DNA of 64,000 nucleotides from Chiloscyllium plagiosum (taxonomy: Eukaryota), in contig NC_057754.1 in assembly GCF_004010195.1 (NCBI RefSeq), forward strand, positions 10,241,182 to 10,305,181. The letters run 5' to 3'. The translations under genes and the position numbers were made by a program. How positions within the stretch are numbered: the stretch's first letter is position 1; every line of letters starts with the position of its first letter. The notes below the pieces were generated by a model that was not told the DNA's origin, made no database searches, and was given only the letters and a program-made list of their open reading frames with translations. This document shows, one piece after another, positions 50,086-62,106 of the stretch.

Positions 50086-50526
50086 GATGACAGACCAAGG
50101 GAAGGAGGAAAAGGACTGATAAAAACTAATCTGTACTTCTGTATTGCCAGTTTTGCTAATGATATATCACGTGCATCTATACTTGCCTCCAGTAAGGTGA
50201 CGGGATGGGGTTACTGTGGGAGATTATTAGCATTACGATGGCTTAGCAGGGATATTGCTAGAAAAGCTCAGCAGGTCTAGCAGAAACTGAAGAAAAAATA
50301 GAGTCAACATTTCAGGTCAAAGAGTCATGGAATCCTACAGCACGGAGACAGGCCCTTTGGTCCAAGCCGACAAAAACGTCCATCCACACTAACTCCATTG
50401 CCCTGCATTTGGCCCATATCCTTTTAACCTTTCCTATCCATGCATTTGTCCAGATGCCTTTTAAATGTTGTTACTGTACACACCTCAACCACTTCTATGC
50501 GACTGCTCATTCCATATGTATACTAC

Positions 50527-52490
50527 GTCTGTCTAACCAGAGTATTGAAGGGAGGGTCAAGATTTGCAAGCTGGGTAGACGTAATCAGGTCCATCATTTG
50601 TGCAGGAGAAATATTCTCACTTGTACCAATGAGCAAGGGAACCAGTTTGAGATGCAGAAGGTTACTAAAATCAATTACTGCAATGGATTGCTCATCCAAA
50701 CAGATTGTAAGTTGGTCCTCGACCAAAGGAATCTGCGACAACTCCCATGTTGGTACTGGGGCTGCAAGTTTGACTATACCTGCAGGAGGGACCCTGGAAG
50801 GGAGAGACCATCACCTTATTGTATGACAAATGCAGGGGAATGGAGTTAGTGTGGATGGACGTTTTTGTCGGCTTGGACCAAAGGGCCTGTCTCCGTGCTT
50901 TTAAAGCTATAAGGGAGGCTCTGAAAAATAACCCCTCCCTGCAAGAAATATACCGCCCCAACCCCACTACTGTCTCCATGACTCAGTCCCGCAGAGCCCT
51001 CTGGTAAAGAGCAATCGGTATTGACATTCAGGAATACACGGCTGGCAATTATTTCTACCAGGTCTACCAACAGACTGTATGGTGATGGCACCACTGCTTG
51101 CTTCCCTCGATCCACTGGAGAGAACTCTCTCTTCTCCAGTGTCCCTCAGTGGGACCGTGGCCTACACTACCAGTGCTCTCTAGCCAGTAACAGTTTGCCA
51201 CAATGCTGAAGAATAACTCTTCAGTACGAACCTGCACAGACCCCCATGGCAGACTGCATGTATCTTCCCAGCCTTTTGACCACATGGACAGAGCTTGGCT
51301 CAAGGGGGACATGTGGTGGGAAGACAGAAGAGGGAAACTTCCCCAGTAACCACTGGGGATATGAGAGATGCTTCACTGGTAGTGGGGCGGGGGGGCAGGG
51401 CGGTGGATGTTCAGAAGTGTTCATTTGTAGTGAGAAAACCTTTCACCTTTACCGCTCCTGCCATCGTCACAAGTGCAGACCTACCCACCCAGGACATGCG
51501 AGTGTCAATTGCCATTACAACAGCTCCGACTGTGTTCTCTTTAAACGAGGGGAACGGCTCCTATGTGGTAAAGTCGACTGTACCCACCTCACAGTGGATG
51601 CCTGTGTCTTTGTCCTTCCCCAAAACAGAGATGGAGTTAAGGAAGTATCGTGTCCCACTGGCGCCACATTTGCCTGGATTAACCATGATTACTCTCACGA
51701 TAAAGGCTATTCAGAAACCCTTTCTACAGACCCGGGTTATTTTATCTTCTTTAACGGTATGGCCACAAACTTCCTAGAGTCCCCTTACCCTCACTCGGTG
51801 GCCCTTGGAACCCTACTTCCCAGGAGGGTACCCTGTCCGGGGCATTAGGGACTGGCACCCAGCCGTCAGAAGTGTGATGTCTCTGAGGAGTTTTGCGCTG
51901 CCTATAAAGACCTTCCCACTCTTCCTGCCAGACAGGCAGCTGGTTACGGGGCAGCAGGCATTTTCTGCCTTGGAGCTTCTGGGGCCAACATGGCCACCCA
52001 TAAATGTAACTATCTTGCATGCGGACTTACCATGCTGGGCAACGCTACCCACACAGCGCTCAAGGTCATCACTCAGAACCTGAACCAACTCAGACTTTTG
52101 TCCATGCAAAATCACTATGCATTGGATTACCTCCTTACCCGCCAGGGTGGCGTTTGCCCTATAGCACAGGACAAATGCATCATGGACCTGCACGACGTCA
52201 CAGCTAATGTTACCCGTTATGTCCACAAGATGGATGAACAATTAGGGTCTATAAAGGAGGGCAAGAGATGGGCCGGAAGGGGAGACTGGAAGCTCGGAGG
52301 ACGGAAGGACTGGCTAGTCATAATGGCTATTTAGGCAGGGGTGGTTATAATAAGAATCTTCCTGGGAATAGCTGTTCTGAAATGTATCTTACATCAAGTG
52401 ATAGACTCCATGCAGGGATTATTTCCAACAGGACGGGCTTTGGTGACCCGATACCCAGCTATTGAGGATTCCAAATGGCAACAGCACTGA
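50527..52490 (+). pseudogene. env: Retroviral env (Cys-rich SU plus class I TM)
   Basis: ORFs 50409, 51021, 51246 and 51990 share one frame; RQK(C) furin relic at 51864-51875; QNHYALDYLL..GGVC-x6-C; hydrophobic anchor ~52311-52390; final stop at 52488; 5' limit uncertain. Confidence 0.88.
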
Positions 52491-52694
52491 GGTCGGCCCC
52501 CATGCCATCGGTTATCATGAAACGATAAAAGGAGCGAATGAGAATGCATATCGGGTATGAGCGGGTAGGGAAAGAGTGAAGTTTAGGGGTGCGTGACAAA
52601 GGCTCAACTGGCATGACTTTGATCGGATAAGAACTTGCAGTAAACAATGAGGTGCTGGAGGCAAGGGTTTGGCTTAACAAGGTGAAGTACATCC

Positions 52695-54666
52695 CGGGTT
52701 TGGTTAAGAAAGAGAAGGAAGCATATGTCAGGTATAAACAGGATAGATCGAGTGAATCTTTAGCATATAAAGGAAGTAGGAGTATACTTGAGAGGGAAAT
52801 CAGGAGGGCAAAACAGGGACATGAGATAGTGTTGGCCTATACAATTAAGGAGAATCCAAAGGGTTTTTACAAATATATTAAGGACAAAAGGGTAACTCGG
52901 GAGAGAATAGGGCCCCTCAAAGATCAGCAAGGCAGCCTTTCTGTGGAGCCACAGAAAATGGGGGAGATGCTAAATGAATATTTTGCATCAGTATTTACTG
53001 TGGAAAAGAATATGGAAGATATAGACTGTAGGGAAAAAGATGTGTTGCTGGAAAAGCGCAGTTCTGATCTCCATCATCTGCAGTCCTCACTGTCTCCTGT
53101 AGGGAAATAGATGGTGACATCTTGCAAAATGTCCAGATTACAGAGGAGGAAGTGCTGGATGTCCCTAGGACCTGATCAGGTGTACCTGAGAACACTGTGG
53201 GAAGCTAGAGAAATGATTGCTGGGCCTCTTGCTGAGATATTTGTATCATCGATACTCGCAGGTGAGGTGCTGGAAGACTGGAGGTTGGCAAACGTGGTGA
53301 CACTGTTTAAGAAGAGCGGTAAAGAATAGCCAGGGAACGAGAGACCGGTGAGCCTGACCTCGGTGGTGGGCAAGTTGTTGGAGGGAATCCTGAGGGACAG
53401 GATGTACATGTATTTGGAAAGGCAAGGACTGATTCGGGATAGCCAACATGGCTTTGGGCGTGGGAAATCATGTCTCACAAACTTGATTGAATTTTTTGAA
53501 GAAGTAACAAAGAAGATTGATGAGGGCAGAGCAGTAGATGTGATCTATATGGACTTCAGTAAGGCGTTCGACAAGGTTCCCCAGAACTGGATCAAAGGTA
53601 GAAGACAGAGGGTGGTGGTGGAGGGTTGTTTTTCAGACTGGAGGCCTGTGACCAGTGGTGTGCCAAAAGGATCGGTGCTGGGCCCTCTACGTTTTGTCAT
53701 TTACATAAATGATTTTAATGCAAACACAAGAGGTACAGTTAGTAAGTTTGCAGATGACACCAAAATTGGAGGTGTAGTAGACAGCGAAGAGGGTTATCTC
53801 AGATCACAACAAGATCTTGACCAGATTGGCCAATGGGCTGAGAAGTGTCAGATGGAGTTTAATTCAGATAAATGTGAGGGTGCTGCATTTTGGGAAAGCA
53901 AATCTTACCAGAACTTATACACTTAATGGTAAGGTCCTCGGAAGTGTTGCTGAACAAAGAGACCTTGGAGTGCAGGTTCATAGCTCCTTGAAAATGGAGT
54001 CGCAGGTAGATAGGATAGTGAAGAAGACGTTTGGAATGCTTTCCTTTATTGGTCAGAGTATTGAGTACAGGAGTTGGGAGGTCATGTTGCGGCTGTACAG
54101 GACATTGGTTAGGCCACTGTTGGAATATTGCGTGCAATTCTGGTCTCCTTCCTATCAGAAAGATGTTGTGAAACATGAAAGGGTTCAGAAAAGATTTACA
54201 AGGATGTTGCCAGGGTTGGAGGATCTGAGCTACAGGGAGAGGCTGAACAGGCTGGGGCTGTTTTCCCTGGAGCGTCGGAGGCTGAGGGGTGACCTTATAG
54301 AGGGTCACAAGATTATGAGGGGCATAGATAGGATAAATAGACAAAGTCTTTTCCCTGGGGTCAGGGAGTCCAGAACTAGAGGGCATAGGTTTAGGGTGAG
54401 AGGGAAAATTTTATAAAAGAGACCTAAGGGGCAACTTTTTCACGCAGAGGGTGGTACGTATATGGAATGAGCTGCCAGAGGATGTGGTGGAGGCAGGTAC
54501 AATTGCAACATTTAAGAGGTATTTGGATGGGTATATGAATAGGAAGGGTTTGGAGGGATATGGGCTGGGTGCTGGCAGGTGGGACTAGATTGGGTTGGGA
54601 TATCTGGTCGGCATGGACAAGTTGAACCAAAGGGTCTGTTTTCATGCTGTACATCTCTATGACTCA
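52695..54666 (+). mobile_element. CR1 RT to 3' end, truncating the ERV LTR
   Basis: ORFs 52652-53110, 53348-53926, 53817-54416; tail ctctatgactc; small Penelope-like insert at ~53036-53096 with TSD ctgtagggaaa. Confidence 0.93.
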
Positions 54667-54914
54667 TTGTGTAAAGCCAGTTAAGGAAGTGAGGAACATC
54701 TACTGTGTAACTCCAGATGGCTTCAGCCCCAGAGTAACAGCAGGTTGGATTTTGCTGTTATTGCTGCTGTCAATCCGATCCAGGATTTATTGAGAGACAC
54801 AATTTGCTTTGTTTTTTCTGTGGTTAACAGCCGTTTAACTCTGGGGCTTAATTTTCTGTCAGTGTTGCTGATTTATGAGGCTGCAATGATTCTTTGAAAA
54901 TGTGGAAGTGCTAA

Positions 54915-55062
54915 TGTTGGATTGGGGTGGACAAGGTCAGAAGTTGCACAACACCAGGTTATAATCCAACAGGTTTATTTGAAATGACAAGCTTTCACCT
55001 GATGAAGGAGCAGCGCTTCGAAAGCTTGTCATTTCAAATAAATCTGGTGTTGTGTGACTTCT
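54915..55062. mobile_element. Palindromic Penelope-derived fragment with hammerhead motif
   Basis: cacctgatgaaggagcagcgcttcgaaagcttgt inside inverted arms. Confidence 0.75.
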
Positions 55063-55614
55063 GTGCCACAATTAACCCCCCCCCCCCATTCAAGAGTTCT
55101 CAAGAACTTGTAGACAATAAAATTATTATGTTTTACTTGACACTAAACAGATGTTTTGTGTAAAATCTACAATTCAGAGTCTGAAATATTCCTCTGATTA
55201 ATGTCTCCGATTAGAAAGTGAAGAGTGACCGTAAGTAGGGGAAGGAGGAAATGGTGCAGGTGGATTTGGATTTTGGCCCAAAGACATGGGAGACTGTATG
55301 GGGCTGGGATTTAATAGTCTCTCCCAGCAGGAGTACCTTGGTATACAATGAGAGCAGATGACTGTCTGAAACTCTTTCCCCATGAATTACAGGTGAAGGA
55401 TTTCTCCTCAGTGTGAATTCACTGGCATATCTGGAGGCTGAAAGTATGAGTGAATTTCTTCCCATATACAGAGCAGTGGAATGGTCTCTCTCCAGACGAG
55501 AGCACTAGTATGCTCTGAGAAGACATGACTGCCTGAAACTCTTTCCACATGAACCACAACTGAACACTTTCTGGCTGGTGTGACAGCAGATTGGATGAAC
55601 GAGTAAAGCTTATG

Positions 55615-58110
55615 GTGGTGCCGACACAGGGCGACTCTTTGCCAGCTCTCTACAGCAGATCTTATTCACACATTCCTTATTATCGTGCTGCACTTTTAAA
55701 CTTAAATTCTAAGTCTATTAAAAAAATTACTAATACTGTTCTCTTAAATCTACTTACAGGTCTGACGATCCTACAAACGTCCAGACGTGAGTATTAACAA
55801 CGCTGGATGTGTAAGCCTAGGGCAAACCTACACTACCGGCTTCCTGCAGGCCCCACGAGGATACCTGGAACCAAGGCCCAAACCCTGAGCCTGCAGCAAC
55901 CTGACTCCGCAGTGACCCGACCCAACTCGGAATGAAACCCGCCCCCACAGTGACAAGTCCAACGAGGCCCATTCAGCCCAGGACTGAACTCTGAACCCAC
56001 TTCGACACAACCCCAAGGGGATCCGACCAACACAGGGCTGAACTCCAATCCCACGGCTACTCAAGCGCGAGGAGGCAGACCTGTCCGACCTCATGACGAC
56101 TCATCCAGACTTACCTACCAGAACAGTATACTCACACCACCAACACCGAGCACCGCCCAGAAGCAGGAAACCTACCAGAAAACAGGGAAGATATGCAGGG
56201 CTGTAGCTGAGACCGAAACAACACTGTTTCAAGTACACCCCCCAAACCTGCCCCATCCCCAGCATACTCCTGGCAAGCTGTTGAAAAGAAAATGACCAGA
56301 CCTAGACTCAACTTCCAAAGATAACTGAGAGACAGCTGTGTCCTCTGTTTTATGGAGACGTGGGTCACTCCTGCTATACCTGACTGTGCCTCGCAAGCTG
56401 AGGGGTTCTACATGCATTGCAATGGGTGATGGGTCTGCCTCAATCAACACTTTCTGATGCTCAGACATAGCAACCCTAGAATACTTCACAGTGAAATGCC
56501 ATCCCTCATATGTACTACACAAGTTCACGTCCACCACCCTGCCACCTGTGTACATGGTGAAGAATGCTTTGGATGAAATTTACGCTGGGACAAATATTCT
56601 GGAGACAAAATTCCCTGAGGCCCTATTAATCGTGGCTGGAGACTTCAACTAAGCCAACCTCAAGATGGTTCTACCAAAATACCACTAGTAAATCTCCTGC
56701 CCCAGACAACTCAATATCCTTGATCACTGAAACACAACCAAAGACGTCTACTGCTCCATACCCCATCCGCACTTTGGAAAATCAGATCACAATGCTATGT
56801 TCCATCTCCCAGTTTACTAGCCCCAGTTGAAAGGGGAGGAACCTTCACAGAAAGTAATTCAATGCTCATCTGAGGCAATAGAAGAGCTGATACAGGACTG
56901 TTTGGAATTGGTGGACTGGACCATATTCAAGGAGTCAGCAGACAACCTAGACAAGTATACCACCACCGTCACAGACTTCATTAGCAGGTACATGGAGAAC
57001 TAGGTGCCAAAGACGACAACAGTGTGTTCCCCAACAGGAAACTATGGATGAACCAGGAAATCCACTGCCTACTGAAGCCCAGGCACGCAGCATTGAAGTT
57101 GGATGACCCACACCTATACAGGAAATCTAGATAGGACCTCTGCAAAGCCATTAAGAGATGCTAAGAGGTCGTACTGGACCAAATTAAAGACCCAAACTAA
57201 CTATACGGACACCCGCTGCCTGTGGCAAAGCCTACGTAACAGGACACAAAATGAAGCAGAACAAAATAACAGACAAAACACATCCCTCCTGACCCACTCA
57301 ATGCTTTCTATGCTTGGTTCGAGCAGAACGCCAGTGGGCATGGTGGCACCTGCCCCAACAGCCCCAGGCGCATCACCACTACAAGTGCCAGATCACTCTT
57401 CTTGAATGTAAACTGAGGATGGAGTCCCCAGCTGTGCACTCAGATCCTGTATGGACCAGCTGGCTGAAGTATTCACTGACATCTTCAACCTCTCCTTGCT
57501 ACAATCTGAAGACCTGACCTGTTTCAAGGAGACCACCCTCATCCCGGTACCAAAGAATGGGGTGGCACTGTGGCTCAGTGGTTAGCACTGCTGCCTCACG
57601 GCGCCAGGGATCCGGCTTCGAATCCAACCTCAGGGGAACTGTCTGTTTGGAGGTTGCACATTCTCCCCGTAACTGCGTTGGTTTCCTCCCACAATCCAAA
57701 GATGTGCAGATCAGATGAACTTGCCATGTTAAATTGCCCATAGTGTTCAGGGATATAAAAGTTAAGTGTATTAGTTTGGGGTAAATGTAGAGTAACAGGG
57801 TAGGGGTATGGGTCTGGGTGATTCCTTTTCGGAGTGTCAGTGTAGACTCGTTGGGCCGAATAGCCTGTTTCCACACTGTAGGGGTTCCATGAAAAGACAC
57901 GCAACTTGCCTCAATGACTCCCACCCAGTGAGTCTGACCTTCATAATTATGAAGTGCTTTGAGATCTTAGTCATGGCCCACATCAACTCTAGCCTCCCAG
58001 CTTGCCTTGATTCCCTGTAATTTGCCTACTGGCAAAACAGGGCCACAGCAGATGCTATTTCCCTAGTCCTGCACTCATCCCCTGGAATATCTGGATAACA
58101 AGGGCACCAA
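55615..58110 (+). mobile_element. Rex1/Babar LINE, 5' region, EN and partial RT
   Basis: PSILLA..CVLCFMETW; LLIVAGDFN; GKSDHNA; FPNRKLWMN; IIMKCFE; EYLDNKGT. Confidence 0.82.
57558..57890 (+). mobile_element. HE1 SINE inside Rex1
   Basis: gtggctcagtggttagcactg head and CR1-like tail. Confidence 0.9.
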
Positions 58111-59057
58111 CAATAAACCAAACCATTCGCTGGTGTCTAGAAGTGACATGATCACCTAAACCTCCTTCCACAGTAGTGCAGCTGAACGGCTTCTCTTCAG
58201 CATGAATCCACTCATGTGAAATGAGACTTAGTAAATTCTTTCCCCCAAATGAAACATGTGAATGATTTAGCCCAGTGTGACTACGATGATTTTCCAGAAG
58301 GAAAGGACAGTTGAGTGTTTTACTGCAGTGTCCACACTTTAACTGTAACTCAATGGTGCTGGCCTCTACATAACTGCGGCAGTGTTTTTCGCAGCCAGAA
58401 TCAAAATTATATACCCCTCACGTTTCTACAGTTTTTCTATGGTGCCAGTGTCCTTTTGACTCTTCAGGTTGGATGATCAGTTGAAACCTTATTTCCACAC
58501 AGAACACTTAGTTTCCTTTCAATGTGCATGGTGCAATGTATTTACAGACTAAATGACCGAATAAAGCTCTTATTTAGTGGAGAGGACAATCTCAATCAGA
58601 CGTGTGTCTCAGAACATTTGCAGTCACACAACCTTTGAATTATTTTCTCAGACAGAACAGGCAAACATTTTTCCTACCATATTCGAAGGGCAATGATACT
58701 CAGGTCCTGATAACTCATGTGATCATCAAATCTTGATATGAAGTTTAGTTTGAGTTTTCCACCTGAAACTTGTAACACCCTATAAAAGGAACTTACAAAA
58801 GACACCACTGAGAGGGCAGGATCAATTGAACATTCTTCTCTCCTACCTGAAAAAAAATAAATTCCAGTCCTACATACGCTCCCTCCTCCCTACATTATAA
58901 TCCAAATCCGTCTTTACAATTTTTTCCTCCACTCCCAGTGGTCTCCCTCTTTTTCGTTTCTACAAACTTAAAAATAACATGATCACGCCAATGATTTGCT
59001 CCCCTGATCACTGGGATTTTAAAACATCCACTTGCTGCTCCAGCGCCACAAATTACC

Positions 59058-59255
59058 AGGTCAGAAGTCACACGATGCCAGATTATAAATCCAACAGGTT
59101 TATTTGAAGTCACAAGCTTTCGAAGCGCTGCTCCTTCGGTAGGTGAAGTCAACTCCACTCCGAATACTTGTGATTTCAAATAAACCTGTTGGGTTATGTC
59201 TCGTGTGACTCTTACCTTCTCCAGCCCAATCCAACACCAGCACCTTCACATCAGG
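59058..59255. mobile_element. Palindromic Penelope-derived fragment
   Basis: caacaggtttatttgaa..agctttcgaagcgctgctccttc..ttcaaataaacctgttg. Confidence 0.72.
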
Positions 59256-59399
59256 ACAAATTACCAGATTCATTCACCTCCAATTCACAAACCGCCTTTC
59301 CCGTTTTTTTTTACTGGATATCCCTTTTCCTGTTTTAAAGGTACACAGTCTAAACTCAAAGCCGGGTCTCTCAAGGCTGAAGTGAGGCAAGTCTCATTG

Positions 59400-60040
59400 A
59401 CACGAAAGCTGCCACCAGGTCGGAATTCTCCAACAGGCATTACAATAGATCGCACCCTCACCAAGATGGCCGCCCGAGTTCCCCGCCCCGAAACAACAGG
59501 CGCCGTACCTTCACCAAGATGGCCGCCCGCGTTCCCCGCCCCGAAACAACAGGCGCCGTACCCTCACCAAGATGGCCGCCCGCATTCCCCGCCCCTAAAC
59601 AACACGCGCCGTACCCTCACAAAGATGGTGCCCGGTTGCTCAAATAACTTGAAAAGACCATCCCCACCCGCGGGATGAACAAGTGGGCCTGCGGGGCACT
59701 TATTCCCGGTCCTCAGGCCTCCTCCAGATGTTGATTAAACCCCCCGGGTCCCTTGCTGCTGCCGTTTCCATTCCTACCTTGTCTCACAATCATCTTTTCT
59801 TTCCGGTCTAGCGACCACCCCATCCAGCAGCCGGATCCCGCTCTCCCCACGATAGCCATCACAAGAGGCACCTCCCAGTGCGTGACGTCACAACAGTGGA
59901 AGGGGCGTGACTGAAGACGCGTGAGTCCCACAACCAATCGGAGAGAATGGGTGGGCGGGGCGATCATGTCTTTTAAACCTTTTTTCGAACGAACCTGTTC
60001 AGAGATGTTACTGCAGACCCCTGGAGTAGGCGGGGCTTGA
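59400..60040. promoter_or_regulatory. CpG-island promoter-like region upstream of the minus ZNF pseudogene
   Basis: YY1-like aagatggccgcc repeats, CRE tgacgtca at 59883, CCAAT at ~59934, GC box gggcgggg. Confidence 0.65.
59454..59630. repeat. 53-bp CpG-rich tandem repeat, ~3.3 copies
   Basis: Units begin at 59454, 59507, 59560 and 59613. Confidence 0.95.
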
Positions 60041-60479
60041 ATCCGCACCTCCCAGTTCAGGATTAGGGTCATTACCATTGCACTACAAGGTGCTCAAAAG
60101 AGTAGTAACGACTCCCTGATGGTTGTTGACCAGCCCCCCCCCCACCTCTTTGACAGGTGGGGATATGGCAGAGAACACTAGCCATTTACAAGACTATGGA
60201 GGTGCAAGTGGAAAACTGCATTAGTTGGATAAATGTTCCAGGAGCTCAAATAGGCATGATAGGCTGAATGGCCACCTTATGCACTGTAAAATTCTAACAT
60301 ATGCTAAGTCAGCCAGTCGACTTATCCTGGGGGGAAACTGGAGGTATGTAGGCGCGAGAAGAAGGGATCCAATTCCCATTTCAGCTGTAATTTTCACATG
60401 CGCACCGGGGAGAGGTGATCCACCTCCTCCACATATGGTAGAGATTCAGTCTGTTGTGAACGGTGGCTCGGTGATTAGC

Positions 60480-60690
60480 CCTATTATCCCACAACGCTAA
60501 GGAACTGGGTTCCATTCTAGCCTGTGAGTTTGTACATTCTCTGTTTCCTCCCACAACCCAAAGATGGCCATGTTAAATTGCCCATGGTGTGCATGCTAGG
60601 CAGTTTAGTCATGGCAAATATAGAGTTAAAGGGATGGGGTGGGTTTGGGTGGGGTGCTCTTCAGAGAATCAGTATGGGCTGCTTTGATCC
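60480..60690 (+). mobile_element. Degraded HE1 SINE
   Basis: gagtttgtacattct..tttcctcccacaa..aaattgccc. Confidence 0.65.
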
Positions 60691-62106
60691 ACAATTTACA
60701 TCTTTTTGCATTACACTCTCATTCCATTACTCTGGGCTTGTTGTGAGTCTTTTACATAGAGCCATAGGCTCATGCACCACAGGAACAGACCCTTCGATCC
60801 AACTCGCCCATGCTGTGAATGATAATCTAGTTCCATTACTTTGTTTAATCCCCTCCTCATCCTGATCAACTCTTTGCCACGGTCTATCTAGCTCTAACTT
60901 TTAATACTAGGTGCATTTCAACACTGGTATTAAACAGCTATTTTTACCCACTGTGTCTAAATGAGGTTTCCATTGCTACCCATCGTCTGAGTCTGTAATT
61001 CATCAGCTTTATCTTGCTATGGTCAGGAATTGTTTTTCCTGAACTAGCAATCATTTCTGTTCCACTGCTGAGCTAATGTGAACCATAACATTCTGTAGTT
61101 TTTTCATTCCCAATATTCTTCCAGCACATCCTCAAATGTTAACTCTGTTGCCTTCACTACAAATACTACCTGAGCTGCTGAGCTTTCCAATGTTCTTCCA
61201 TTTCTTGTTTTATTTCAGATATCTGACAGTTTGCAGAATTTTCCTTGTTTTATTCTAGGAGTTGGTCACAGAACCAAGTCTAGAAACATAGACCAGTTAA
61301 GAGCTGCTTTGCAATAGGGCAGTGTTGTTTTCAGAGGTTTACTCCCTGTCTCCGATTTAGATCCTTTTTCACAGAATCATGGAATTACAGAACAGAAGGG
61401 GGCCATTTCATACATCGTGCCCCAGCTAACCCAGCCAGAGCAAATCAATGAGTTTCACTCTCCCACCCTTTCAGTGTAGCCCAACAATTTTTTTTTACTT
61501 TTGGTGTTTATCCAGTTCTCCTTTTGAAAGTATTTGTTGAATTAGTTTCAGCTGGAATGAAGATGGAGCAGGAGCTCCTGGCTTTAGCCCCAAGAACGTA
61601 TCAGTTTGAGCTGGAGTGAAAATGGAGGAGAAGTTGCTGGACTTAATCCTGAGGCACTGGAACCCAGTCACTTCCAGGTATTTCTGACATCTAAATGTCA
61701 AAGAATGGTAAACTTTAGGGGAGATCAGATTGCAAAATGGAAATGATGTAATGAGGTGCACCCTTAGGAACAAGTATTTCTATGAATGGTTTTAGCCCAT
61801 TTTACATACATATATTGTGAACAGTTCTTCTTGGGATTTGAGCGTCATTACCAAGATCAGCAGCTTATATTGACAGCCCCCAGTTACCTTTGGAGGAGAT
61901 GATGCTCCTTGAATATTGCAGTTCAGGGGGTGATGAGGAGACATTTGGATAAAGTGGTCAGTTTTAGGAAGTATCTTGAAGAAAGATGTGAGCTTGTAGC
62001 GATTTAAGGAGGTATTTCCAGAGGTTGGGCCTAAAGAATATGAATGAATGGTCATCAGTGGTGGACAACTTCAAATTTGGAAAATTCAAAAGGACGGAAT
62101 TAGATT

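Larger units (their letters stand above)
49810..52680 (+). mobile_element. Endogenous retrovirus remnant (IN C-terminus, env, PPT, start of 3' LTR)
   Basis: WKGPFQVLL*TPTAV..WIHLSKCK at 49991-50080; acceptor-like ctaat..gccAG at 50150; env; PPT-like aaaaggagcgaa then TG at 52539. Confidence 0.85.
55250..58780 (-). pseudogene. Highly decayed C2H2 ZNF pseudogene split by Rex1
   Basis: Finger relics at ~55370-55600 (HTEEKSFTC) and ~58120-58520; acceptor tttatAG at 58780-58781 resembling that of the intact gene. Confidence 0.65.

Noticed and set aside
51849-52490. Endogenous filovirus glycoprotein
   Set aside because: Upstream retroviral integrase tail and downstream PPT/LTR start indicate a provirus.
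50527-52490. Intact domesticated syncytin-like gene
   Set aside because: In-frame stops (51207, 51846, 52332), a mutated furin site and an inserted segment.
59454-59630. Possible CRISPR-like array
   Set aside because: Whole units repeat with no unique spacers; eukaryotic minisatellite.
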